A DNA stretch of 44,210 nucleotides, taken from Burkholderiaceae bacterium. Lineage in GTDB: Bacteria > Pseudomonadota > Gammaproteobacteria > Burkholderiales > Burkholderiaceae_E. The translations under genes and the position numbers were made by a program. A model generated the notes under the pieces. That model worked only from the letters and a program-made list of their open reading frames with translations. It made no database searches and was not told where the DNA came from. The DNA lies in assembly GCA_044356835.1 (NCBI GenBank), contig JBIKVK010000001.1, positions 1-44,210 of the forward strand, given 5' to 3'. This document shows positions 1 to 8,251 of this stretch, one piece after another (within the stretch, counting starts at the first letter, position 1; every line of letters begins with the position of its first letter).

Positions 1-2063
1 ATGTCGTTGTTGTCGTTGCCGTGGCTCCAGAGCACCGCGTCCGCACCCACGGCAGCACGGCCGATCGAGGCGAGCATTTCCTTGACCGTGGTCTTACCGT
101 TACTGCCTGCGACCGAAGCGAGCGGTAGATTGAATTGCTTTCGCCAACCGCACGCGATCTCGGAGAGGGCACGACGCGCATCGGGTACGCGCAGGGCAGG
201 CAGCGCAATTCCGGGTCGCCAGCGCTCGAAGATCACCGCAGCCGCCCCCTGGGTCTGGGCCTGAGCAATGAAATCATGGCCATCGAAGCGCTCGCCCGTG
301 AGGGCGACGAAGAGGCAGCCCGGGACCACGCGGCGAGAGTCGGTCACCACCTCGGAGACCCAAACGTCTCCAGCGCAGTGGAGCGCGCTTGAGGACAACC
401 ATCCCTGAGCCTGGCGCAGCGTGAACAGCCCCCGCATCGGCGGATCGGTCGGTTCCGGCAGGCCCAGTTCAGCAGACCTCGGCGCGCTTTGATGGGTGCC
501 GGTGAGCGACCGGGCGTGACTCTGCGCGGCCCACCGGGCCAGAGTCCGGCTTGCCTGTTCAAGATCGGAAAAAGGCAGCCGCTCCCCGCCGATCTCCTGC
601 CAGCACTCATGACCTTTGCCGGCAATGAGGACCAGATCGGTGGCCTGTGCATCCATGAGTGCGGATTCGATGGCACGGCCTCGATCGGGCTCAATGCGCG
701 CGGCCGGGCGGCTCAGCCCCTGGGCAATCTCGGCGATGATGGCCTCGGGCACCTCCGAGCGTGGGTTGTCGCTCGTGAGCACCACCTGGTCGGCCAGCCT
801 CTCGGCCACCGCACCCATCAGGGGGCGTTTGCCCCGGTCGCGATCGCCGCCGGCACCGAACACACAGATCAGGCGTCCGCCCCGCACCCGGGCCAGTCCC
901 CGCAGCGCCCCAAGCGTCTTTTCAAGCGCATCGGGCGTATGGGCGTAATCGACGACTGCAAGTGGCCCGTCCACGCCGCCGACGCGCTGCATTCGGCCCG
1001 TCACCGGCTCAAGCGAGGACAGGCGCTGCAGCACGGCCTCGAAACCGATGCCCAGCGCAAGCCAGGTCGACGCGGCCGCGAGCGCGTTATCGACATTGAA
1101 ACGACCGGCTACCGGCAGCAGCAGTTCAGCCTGGCCGAAGTCTCCGCCCAATCTGAGCTGCCAGCCATCGACCCTCTCGGTCACCTGCTGGACGATGAGG
1201 TGTCTCAGACGCGGGTCAACACTCCCATAGCGCGCCTGCCCATAGGCGATCACCTCGCAGTTCGGGCTGAGCGCCGACAACACAGCCGTGCAAAACGGAT
1301 CGTCGGCGTTGACCACGGCGCGGCCCAGGCCCGGCCGCTCGAACAGTCTGAGCTTGGAACGGGCGTACGCTTCGAAACTACCGTGGTAGTCCAGATGGTC
1401 ACGGGTCAGGTTGGTGAACACTGCCACGGACGGGGATACGCCATCGAGGCGGCCCTGGGCAAGACCGATCGAGGTCGCTTCCATCGCGACGGCCTGGGCG
1501 CCGCTGCGCTCGATCTCGGCGAGCATCCGGTGCACAGACAACGCATCGGGCATGGTCAGCCCAAACGGGGTGAGAACTTCCCCAGCCGGACCATATCCGA
1601 GCGTACCAATCACGCCGCACTTCCGACCGAGGCGCGCCAGGCCTTGCGCGATCCACTGGGTACACGTCGTCTTGCCGTTTGTTCCGGTGACCGCGACCAC
1701 CTGCAGTCGGGTCGCGGGTGATCCGTAGTATCGGGACGCAATCTCGCCCGCGAGCCCGCGCAGGCCAGTCACCGATTGCCGAACCCACCGGTCCGGACCG
1801 GCGGTTTCGAGGCCTGCCGGTGCAGTGCCGCCGGGATCGGCCCACTCCTCGAGCAGCGCCGCCGCGCCGCGGCCAAGCGCATCGGCGCAGTGCATCCGCC
1901 CATCCGTGTGCTCGCCGCGCCAGGCGAAAAAAGCATCCCCGGGCTTGACCTCACGGCTATCGCAACGGAGGTGGGCTCCGGCCGGCAGATGGCTGCGAAG
2001 CCATGCAGCGATCGATTCCGCCAGGGCCGCCTCGGCCAGCGCCACCGGCTCCGGAACGGTCAT
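1..2063 (-). CDS. murE: Bifunctional MurE/MurF fusion (UDP-MurNAc-tripeptide synthetase fused to UDP-MurNAc-pentapeptide synthetase); C-terminus lies outside the window
   Basis: My own reverse-strand translation from ATG 2063..2061, 5 nt after the ftsI stop. MurE P-loop VAVTGTNGKTT and C-terminal LIAGKGHECWQEIGGERLPFSDLEQA (about 640..560). Same frame continues with no stop through a ~35 aa linker into a MurF N-terminus MRGLFTLRQAQGWL..VVTDSRRVVPGCLFVALTGERFDGHDF..VAGSNGKTTVKEM. This frame has no entry in the ORF track, consistent with an open frame running off the window edge. Confidence 0.85.
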   Translation of the reverse strand, partial: MTVPEPVALAEAALAESIAAWLRSHLPAGAHLRCDSREVKPGDAFFAWRGEHTDGRMHCADALGRGAAALLEEWADPGGTAPAGLETAGPDRWVRQSVTGLRGLAGEIASRYYGSPATRLQVVAVTGTNGKTTCTQWIAQGLARLGRKCGVIGTLGYGPAGEVLTPFGLTMPDALSVHRMLAEIERSGAQAVAMEATSIGLAQGRLDGVSPSVAVFTNLTRDHLDYHGSFEAYARSKLRLFERPGLGRAVVNADDPFCTAVLSALSPNCEVIAYGQARYGSVDPRLRHLIVQQVTERVDGWQLRLGGDFGQAELLLPVAGRFNVDNALAAASTWLALGIGFEAVLQRLSSLEPVTGRMQRVGGVDGPLAVVDYAHTPDALEKTLGALRGLARVRGGRLICVFGAGGDRDRGKRPLMGAVAERLADQVVLTSDNPRSEVPEAIIAEIAQGLSRPAARIEPDRGRAIESALMDAQATDLVLIAGKGHECWQEIGGERLPFSDLEQASRTLARWAAQSHARSLTGTHQSAPRSAELGLPEPTDPPMRGLFTLRQAQGWLSSSALHCAGDVWVSEVVTDSRRVVPGCLFVALTGERFDGHDFIAQAQTQGAAAVIFERWRPGIALPALRVPDARRALSEIACGWRKQFNLPLASVAGSNGKTTVKEMLASIGRAAVGADAVLWSHGNDNND

Positions 2064-2068
2064 GGCAT

Positions 2069-3871
2069 TCAACGCGACACCCACTTCGGATCGGCCATCG
2101 CCCAGGCCGTTTGCGCAGCTCCCCCGCGGGCCGCAGGTTCCGGCCCTGGAGCAAGGCCAAGGCCCGCGATGAGTGGCGCATCCGGCGCGACCCGCAGCGC
2201 TCGAAGCGTATGCCCGGTAATTTGCGAAAAGAGCGGCCCCGCCACCGTGCCTCCGTAATAACGGCCAGTCGAGGGCTCGTCGATCATTACGGCGACCACC
2301 ACCCGCGGATTGGAGACCGGCGCAAAGCCGACAAATGAGGCGACGTACTTGCTGACATAACGGCCACCTTCGAGCTTGCGGGCGGTGCCGGTCTTACCCG
2401 CCACCCGGTAGCCCGGCACCTGGGCGAGGGGCGCAGTGCCTTCGGGCCCGGCGGCCATCTCGAGCATCCGTCGGACCGTCCGCGCAGTGGACTCGGAGAA
2501 CACCGGCGTCGCCGCGGGCCGGCCCCCTCCGTGCAGGATGGTGAGCGGCACCAGATCACCGTCGCGCGCAAAGACCGTGTAGGCGCGCGCCAGCTGGATC
2601 AGCGATACCGAAAGGCCATAGCCATAGGAAATGGTCGCGTGATCGACCGGCTTCCAGTTGCGATGCGGGCGCACGCGTCCCGCCACTGCGCCGGGGAACC
2701 CGAGCTGCGGCGCTTGACCCAAGCCGACACTGGTCAAGGCCTCCCAGAGCTCCTTCGAGGGAATCGCCTGGGCGATTCGGACCGTTCCAACATTGGAGGA
2801 TTTCTGGATGACCCCCTCCACGGTGAGTGAACCGTAGGCCTTGACGTCGGTCAGCTGATGACCGCCCACGCTGATGCGTCCGTTGCCCGTGTCGATCACG
2901 CTCTGCGGCGAAAAGCGCCTGGTTTCGAGTGCGAGCGCTGCGGTGAATGGCTTCAGCGTCGACCCCGGCTCGAAGGTATCGGTGATGGCCCGGTTGCGCA
3001 GCATCGCGCCCCCGCGGCTCGCATTGTCGTTGGGGTCGTAGCTGGGCCAGTTCGCCACCGCAAGCAGCTCGCCGCTACGAACGTCGAGGACGACCGCAGC
3101 CCCGGCTGCGGCCTTGTGGTCGGCGACCGCTTGACGCAGTAGGCTGAAGGTCTGGGACTGGATCGCGGCATCAATGGACAGCACAAGGTGCTGGCCGTCG
3201 CGCGGCTCACGAATCGTCTCCACTTTCTCGATCACCTGACCGAGCTTGTCTCGGATGACACGGCGAAGACCCGGCGTGCCGGTCAGCAACGTGTTGTGGG
3301 CCAGCTCAACGCCCTCCTGCCCGCGATCCTCGATGTCGGTGAAGCCAACGATGTGGGCCAAGCGTTCGCTCGCCGGATAGTGGCGGCGATATTCGGGCAA
3401 GTGCGTCAGCCCCGGCATACGCAGACTGTGCACTTTCGAGGCGACGTCGGGCTCGACCCCCCGCTTCAGATAGACGAAACCGCGCGCGCTGCCGTCCAGC
3501 CTCGCCTTGAGCTCGTCGGGCTTGAGACTGAGGGCGGACGCAAGCTCGCCCAGGCGCGGATGGTCGGATTTCAGCTGCCTCGGATCGGCCGCGATCCCCG
3601 ACACCGGCAGGCTGGAGGCCAGCACGGCCCCGTTGCGGTCGTAGATGTCGCCCCGCGATGCAGGCAGATCGAGATTGCGCGCATACCGTCGCTCGCCCTG
3701 GTCGATCAGGAAGTCCTGGGAAAAGACCTGGACATGGACGGCACGCGCCGCCAGGGCCAGAAACGCCACGCTGACGGCAAGAATCAGCAGCCGCGATCGA
3801 AAACCGGAGAGCTGCACCGCAAGGAGCGGGTGAGCGCCGAACGATACCGGCCGATGTGTGGATGCTTTCAT
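2069..3871 (-). CDS. ftsI: Peptidoglycan D,D-transpeptidase FtsI (PBP3)
   Basis: 600 aa ORF with an N-terminal TM helix. Transpeptidase motifs STLKP, SSN and KTGT are present. dcw cluster position between ftsL and murE. ATGA overlap with the ftsL stop. Confidence 0.93.
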   Translation of the reverse strand: MKASTHRPVSFGAHPLLAVQLSGFRSRLLILAVSVAFLALAARAVHVQVFSQDFLIDQGERRYARNLDLPASRGDIYDRNGAVLASSLPVSGIAADPRQLKSDHPRLGELASALSLKPDELKARLDGSARGFVYLKRGVEPDVASKVHSLRMPGLTHLPEYRRHYPASERLAHIVGFTDIEDRGQEGVELAHNTLLTGTPGLRRVIRDKLGQVIEKVETIREPRDGQHLVLSIDAAIQSQTFSLLRQAVADHKAAAGAAVVLDVRSGELLAVANWPSYDPNDNASRGGAMLRNRAITDTFEPGSTLKPFTAALALETRRFSPQSVIDTGNGRISVGGHQLTDVKAYGSLTVEGVIQKSSNVGTVRIAQAIPSKELWEALTSVGLGQAPQLGFPGAVAGRVRPHRNWKPVDHATISYGYGLSVSLIQLARAYTVFARDGDLVPLTILHGGGRPAATPVFSESTARTVRRMLEMAAGPEGTAPLAQVPGYRVAGKTGTARKLEGGRYVSKYVASFVGFAPVSNPRVVVAVMIDEPSTGRYYGGTVAGPLFSQITGHTLRALRVAPDAPLIAGLGLAPGPEPAARGGAAQTAWAMADPKWVSR

Positions 3872-4266
3872 CGGCTCGCCTGGGGCGCCCCACGGTCCGC
3901 CTGCGGTGCAGCCGGGGTTGAGTTGACTGCCGCCTGCGGCCGCGCGGCGGCTCGGCTGCCCGGAGGCAGACTGACCGCCCCCAGTCGGATGGATCCGCTC
4001 GCGGGATCACGAACTGCATGCAGCATACGTGCCGCAGACGGGCTGTCCATGCCCAGCTGACCTCGGGCACGCGCATCGATCAGGGCGGCCGCCGACAGCG
4101 AGGTCTGCTGGATGCGCAGGTGATTCCAGTCCGCGTCCAGGCGCCGCATTTCGCCCTGAGCCCGCTCAAGGGCGACATGGGTGCGACGGGCTTCATGCTG
4201 GGAAGTGATCAGCGATAGCGCGCAGGCCACCAGCACAGCCAACAGGACGATGTTGAAGCGGGTCAC
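3868..4266 (-). CDS. ftsL: Cell division protein FtsL
   Basis: 132 aa with one N-terminal TM helix (FNIVLLAVLVACALSLI) followed by a coiled-coil-like segment. Canonical position between rsmH and ftsI. Has an Ala/Pro-rich C-terminal tail. Confidence 0.85.
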   Translation of the reverse strand: MTRFNIVLLAVLVACALSLITSQHEARRTHVALERAQGEMRRLDADWNHLRIQQTSLSAAALIDARARGQLGMDSPSAARMLHAVRDPASGSIRLGAVSLPPGSRAAARPQAAVNSTPAAPQADRGAPQASR

Positions 4267-4281
4267 GGGTTCGCCTTTCCC

Positions 4282-5214
4282 TCAGATCCGCTCTGCCACG
4301 CGCAACACGGCCGAGCGCGCCCGCGGGTTGATACGTATTTCTTCGTCGCCAGGAAGTACGCGGGCAATCGGCCGCATGCGCATTTCGGCGTCCAGTCTCT
4401 GACCGGTGACCGGATCACGAGGCGCATCGCGACCGGACTGCTGCGCGATGAACTGTTTGACCACCCGGTCCTCCAGGGAATGAAAGCTGATGACGGCCAC
4501 TCGCCCTCCGCTTACCAGACGCTCGCACGCGCTGACGAGTACGCTCGAAAGCTCTTCGAGCTCACGATTGATGAAGATGCGCAGCGCCTGGAAGGTCCGA
4601 GTCGCCGGATCGCGCGCGCGCGAAGCACTCCGCTGGCGCCGCCGGAGGACGCCTGCGACGAGCTCCGCCAGCTCATCGGTCGTGGCCAATGCGGAGTCGC
4701 CATCGCGCCGGATGCGCGCAGCAATCGCACTTGCAATCGGAACAGCAAACCGTTCTTCACCATACTCTGCTATCACTCTGGCGATTTCGTGCTCGCTCGC
4801 CCCCAGCAACCAGGCCCGCACCGGCACGCCCCGGCTGGGATCCATCCGCATGTCGAGCGGCCCGGTCGACTTGAAGCTGAAACCTCGGCTCGGATCATCG
4901 AGTTGGGGGGAAGAAACGCCCAGGTCGAGCAGCACGCCATCTACCTGGCTCAGCCGCGCATCGTTCAGGACGCGGCCCAGCTCCGAGAACGCCGCGTGCA
5001 CGATCAGAAACCGCGGATCACGCCAAGCCGCCGCCACCTGCACGGCCTGCGGATCACGGTCGATGGCGATGAGGCGACCCTGTGCGCCCAAACGCTCAAG
5101 AATCGCCCGACTATGACCGCCCCGCCCGAACGTGCAATCGACGTAGATCCCCTGCGGACGAATCGCCAGGGAATCGATGACCGCCCGACACATCACCGGC
5201 CGATGTTCCCCCAC
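4282..5214 (-). CDS. rsmH: 16S rRNA (cytosine1402-N4)-methyltransferase RsmH
   Basis: HRPVM..IRPQGIYVDCTFGRGGHS SAM-binding N-terminus, DLGVSSPQLD motif, position after mraZ. The longest ORF starts at ATG 5307 but overlaps mraZ by 44 nt. I prefer GTG 5214, just upstream of the HRPV motif (310 aa, typical length). Start is uncertain. Confidence 0.88.
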   Translation of the reverse strand: MGEHRPVMCRAVIDSLAIRPQGIYVDCTFGRGGHSRAILERLGAQGRLIAIDRDPQAVQVAAAWRDPRFLIVHAAFSELGRVLNDARLSQVDGVLLDLGVSSPQLDDPSRGFSFKSTGPLDMRMDPSRGVPVRAWLLGASEHEIARVIAEYGEERFAVPIASAIAARIRRDGDSALATTDELAELVAGVLRRRQRSASRARDPATRTFQALRIFINRELEELSSVLVSACERLVSGGRVAVISFHSLEDRVVKQFIAQQSGRDAPRDPVTGQRLDAEMRMRPIARVLPGDEEIRINPRARSAVLRVAERI

Positions 5215-5263
5215 TCCCCTCTCTGTGCTCGAGCCCTCCTTTTCAGGAATCAATTCACACCGA

Positions 5264-5692
5264 CTAGAACGAGAAGCTGCCCATGGACTCCGGCATGCCG
5301 GCAGCAATGGTGTGCTGCTCGACCTGCTGCAGGCTGGCTGCGTCCCACACCTCGAAATGACGACCCATGCCCAGCAGCATCACTTCCTTGGCGAGCGAGG
5401 CCGCCTGGCGCAATTCAGGGGGGATCAGGATGCGCCCGGTTCCGTCCATATCGACATCGCAGGCGCTACCCAGAAAAATGCGGGTCCAGGCGCGGGCGTT
5501 CATCGGCAAGGCTGCGATCTTTTCGCGATGCTGAATCCACACCGGACGAGCAAAGAGCAGGAGGCATCCATCCGGCGACCGGGTCAAAGTTAGTTTGCCC
5601 TCACATTCCAAGGCGAGCGCGTCCCGATGACGGGTTGGCACCGTCATCCTGCCTTTGGCATCGAGGGAAAGCGCGGAACTGCCCTGAAACAT
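5264..5692 (-). CDS. mraZ: Transcriptional regulator MraZ
   Basis: 142 aa. [29 protein letters not shown] gives two SpoVT/AbrB-like repeats. First gene of the dcw cluster. Confidence 0.95.
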   Translation of the reverse strand: MFQGSSALSLDAKGRMTVPTRHRDALALECEGKLTLTRSPDGCLLLFARPVWIQHREKIAALPMNARAWTRIFLGSACDVDMDGTGRILIPPELRQAASLAKEVMLLGMGRHFEVWDAASLQQVEQHTIAAGMPESMGSFSF

Positions 5693-5737
5693 CGATCAGA
5701 AACCCCAGGTCGCGGGAGGCCGAAAATCGGGAAAAAT

Positions 5738-5773
5738 CCCCATAAAACACCACTTTTCTGCACTATTTCCCAC
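5738..5773 (-). promoter_or_regulatory. Putative MraZ operator: four GTGG(G)-type boxes at a 10 nt period
   Basis: Minus-strand reading: AGTGGGAAAT AGTGCAGAAA AGTGGTGTTT TATGGGGATT, starting inside the -10 box and running downstream. Resembles the spaced direct-repeat boxes bound by MraZ at the E. coli mra promoter. Confidence 0.55.
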
Positions 5774-5800
5774 TATACGCAAGCACCCAAACGGGGTCAA
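5772..5800 (-). promoter_or_regulatory. Sigma70-type promoter of the dcw cluster (Pmra)
   Basis: Minus strand: TTGACC (5800..5795), 17 nt spacer, TATAGT (5777..5772), about 80 nt upstream of the mraZ ATG. Confidence 0.6.
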
Positions 5801-5885
5801 GGCGATCGGCATTGGCACGCGAATGTGCGGGGTTTTCGAGGGCGATTCGATCCGGATCGGGCCGGACCGGGCACAGCAGACCGGG

Positions 5886-6308
5886 AAGTGCGGGGCAAGT
5901 CTGTAGGCCGGATTCTGTGCACCGGAATCAACCGGTGTGGCGAACATTCCTCTAGGCGCACACTTGCGTCTGCGCTCAAGCCATCGACCCGTACGCTCGG
6001 GCGGACCACCCTGCCGGTGCAAGCACCGAGCGCGTACCTATTTGATGTTGCTCCGGGTGGGGTTTTGCATGCCGGCCCTGTCGCCAGGACCGCGGTGAGC
6101 TCTTACCTCGCCATTTCACCCTTGCCGGCGGCGCCGTCATCGACGCTGCTTAGGCGGTGTACTTTCTGTTCCACTGTCCGTCGAACACGGGTCCGAGAAC
6201 CCGCGCCGCCTGGCCGTTAGCCAGCACCCTGTCCTGTGGAGTCCGGACCTTCCTCCCGCCGGCACACTGTCGCATGCCGACCGGCGCTCGCCCGACTTAC
6301 CCCGCCTT
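5886..6308 (-). ncRNA. rnpB: RNase P RNA, bacterial type A
   Basis: Minus strand carries GGGAGGAAGGTCCGGACTCC (6257..6238, the P4 5' strand), GGTAAGAGCTCACCGCGG (~6112..6090) and CACAGAATCCGGCCTACAG (~5920..5902, the P4 3' strand). 5' GCGGGGTAAGTC pairs with 3' GACTTGCCCCGC to form P1. Ends are approximate, within about 5 nt. Confidence 0.9.
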
Positions 6309-6314
6309 TGGATG

Positions 6315-7124
6315 CTAATGCCTGGGCGGTCGAAACACCAGAGGATCCCGATAGAAGGCGGGATCGGCATTGCCCGGATGCCAGCCTGGGATGCCCAGGA
6401 GCGGCATCGGACGCAAGCGCTCCGCACCCATCGCCTGCGGGCCCGCAGCGTCGAACCCGATGGCGAGGCGCTCGGCGGCGGCCGCATCGAGGGCCGACAA
6501 CGCAAGGCGCGGATCGGCGTTGATCCAGAGCGCATGCGCGCAGATGCCCTTGTATGGGTTGAGCAATTTCTCGTGAAGGGCATGACCGATGACCAGCACG
6601 CACGCCGAATCTCGCCAGTGCTCGCGAAGTTCGACAAAGAGCGTTGCCCAGTCTGCGGCGATCCAGGCGCGCTTGAGGCGCTCGTTGCGGCTCACGATCA
6701 AAGCCCCACTCTCATCGAACAGAGTGATTTGGTCTCGTACTCGGCCACGCGCCCCGGTTTCGGGCGCCCGCCCGGGCGAGCCGCCGCGGTGTACGAGCGC
6801 CTCGATCTGTGCGGCGTTGAGTCGTGCCCGCACCCTGGGAAAGGCGAGCCAGCACAGCGCATTGAAGGCATCGTGGATCGCCGCCCTGCCGTGCAATCGA
6901 GTCACAACCTGGCCCTGCTCCCAGATCAGGTGCTCATAGCGGGCTGCAGACACGCGCTCACCCGGCCGGGAAGCGATGAAGCGCACGGGTTTGCCGCTGT
7001 CGGTGACGACCCCGCGCTGTTCGGCCGCGAGATTGAGCGCCTGCAACGAGAGCGCCGCCGCTTCGGGATCACCGCATTGCGCGACCAGCGGGGCCAGAGG
7101 CTCACGCCAGGGGCGCGGCCCCAT
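6315..7124 (-). CDS. DUF3025 domain-containing protein
   Basis: Sequence resembles the DUF3025 family (recalled, not searched), which I recall lying next to pyrC in betaproteobacteria (..NALCWLAFPRVRARLNA..ITLFDESGAL..HALHEKLLNPYKGI..LLGIPGW). The track ORF starts at TTG 7169 and overlaps pyrC. ATG 7124 (MGPRPW..) leaves a 26 nt gap and is preferred. Confidence 0.7.
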   Translation of the reverse strand: MGPRPWREPLAPLVAQCGDPEAAALSLQALNLAAEQRGVVTDSGKPVRFIASRPGERVSAARYEHLIWEQGQVVTRLHGRAAIHDAFNALCWLAFPRVRARLNAAQIEALVHRGGSPGRAPETGARGRVRDQITLFDESGALIVSRNERLKRAWIAADWATLFVELREHWRDSACVLVIGHALHEKLLNPYKGICAHALWINADPRLALSALDAAAAERLAIGFDAAGPQAMGAERLRPMPLLGIPGWHPGNADPAFYRDPLVFRPPRH

Positions 7125-7150
7125 GGCCAGCGGTCCGTCATGCGATGAGA

Positions 7151-8230
7151 TCAGACCTCGAGCTTCCAATGCAAGGTTTCACCGGCCGCAAGCGGAACGA
7201 TACCGTCGGCACCGAAAGGCAGGCGATCGGGGATGGTCCAGGGCTTGCGCACCAGTCGGACACGAGTGTCATTGATCGGCAAACCGTAAAACCGGGGTCC
7301 GTTGAAGCTTGCAAACGCCTCGAGACGGTCCAGCGCGCGAGCCTGTTCAAACGCCGTCGCGTACAACTCAAGCGCATGCGGAGCGGTATAGCAGCCGGCA
7401 CAGGCCGCGGCGTGCTCCTTCAGACGCGCCGGGTGGGGAGCGCTGTCGGTGCCCAGGAAAAAGCGCTCGCTCGAACCGGTGGCCGCTGCAATCAGCGCCT
7501 GTCGATGATGCTCCCTCTTGAGCACCGGCAGGCAATACCAGTGGGGCCGTAAGCCCCCCGCGAAAATGGCGTTGCGGTTCCAGAGCAGGTGATGTGCGGT
7601 GATGGTGGCTGCAATCCGGCCCGGGGCCGAGGACACATACTGAGCGGCCTCGGCCGTCGTGATGTGCTCGAAAACGACCGGCAGCGCGGGAAAGTCCCGG
7701 CGCAGCGGCTCGAGGACCCGGTCGATGAATCGGGCCTCGCGGTCAAACACATCGACCTCGGCATCGGTGACCTCGCCGTGAATCAGCAAGGGCAGGCCAT
7801 GCACTTGCATGGCCTCAAGCGCCGCGTGCGTTCGGCGGACATCGGTGACGCCGGCATCGGAATGGGTCGTCGCGCCCGCCGGATAAAGCTTGACGGCATG
7901 AACACAATCACTATCGGCTGCACGGGCGATCTCGTCTGCGGGCGTGTTGTCGGTGAGATAGAGAGTCATGAGCGGCTCAAACACCGCGCCCGGGGGTAGC
8001 GCCGCCCTGATTCGATCGTGATAAGCGACGGCTTGAGCGACCGTGGTGACCGGAGGGCGCAGGTTGGGCATCACGATGGCACGCCCAAACTGGCGGGCCG
8101 AAGCCGGCACCACAGCCGCGAGCGCTTCGCCGTCGCGCAGGTGCAGGTGCCAGTCGTCCGGTCGGGTCAGGGTGATCTGTTCAGGGCCCGAGGCCGAAAG
8201 GCTCAGGGCAGAGGAGGCATTCGTATCCAG
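7151..8230 (-). CDS. pyrC: Dihydroorotase, homodimeric type (PyrC); start codon unresolved
   Basis: Strong similarity to E. coli PyrC (FGRAIVMPNLRPPVTTV, KLYPAGATT, LLIHGEV, FLGTDSAPH). The zinc-ligand motif RPDDWHLHLRDG is encoded at ~8160..8125, upstream of the first GTG (8113). No ATG, GTG or TTG lies between that motif and the in-frame TGA at 8254..8252. I extend the gene to CTG 8230, preceded by GGAG 8240..8237; ATC 8233 is an alternative. Confidence 0.85.
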   Translation of the reverse strand: MDTNASSALSLSASGPEQITLTRPDDWHLHLRDGEALAAVVPASARQFGRAIVMPNLRPPVTTVAQAVAYHDRIRAALPPGAVFEPLMTLYLTDNTPADEIARAADSDCVHAVKLYPAGATTHSDAGVTDVRRTHAALEAMQVHGLPLLIHGEVTDAEVDVFDREARFIDRVLEPLRRDFPALPVVFEHITTAEAAQYVSSAPGRIAATITAHHLLWNRNAIFAGGLRPHWYCLPVLKREHHRQALIAAATGSSERFFLGTDSAPHPARLKEHAAACAGCYTAPHALELYATAFEQARALDRLEAFASFNGPRFYGLPINDTRVRLVRKPWTIPDRLPFGADGIVPLAAGETLHWKLEV

Positions 8231-8251
8231 GATGGTCTCCGTGGGTCGGGC

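Noticed and set aside
489-1721. 410 aa plus-strand ORF (and other plus-strand ORFs at 616..948 and 1776..2258) across the murE-murF region
   Set aside because: Antisense to a frame with unmistakable Mur ligase motifs. The composition is Arg/Gly/Ala/Pro-rich with no recognisable domain, as expected of a high-GC shadow ORF.
4480-5745. 421 aa plus-strand ORF over rsmH and mraZ
   Set aside because: Antisense shadow of two well-supported genes, with no motifs and a low-complexity Arg/Pro-rich sequence.
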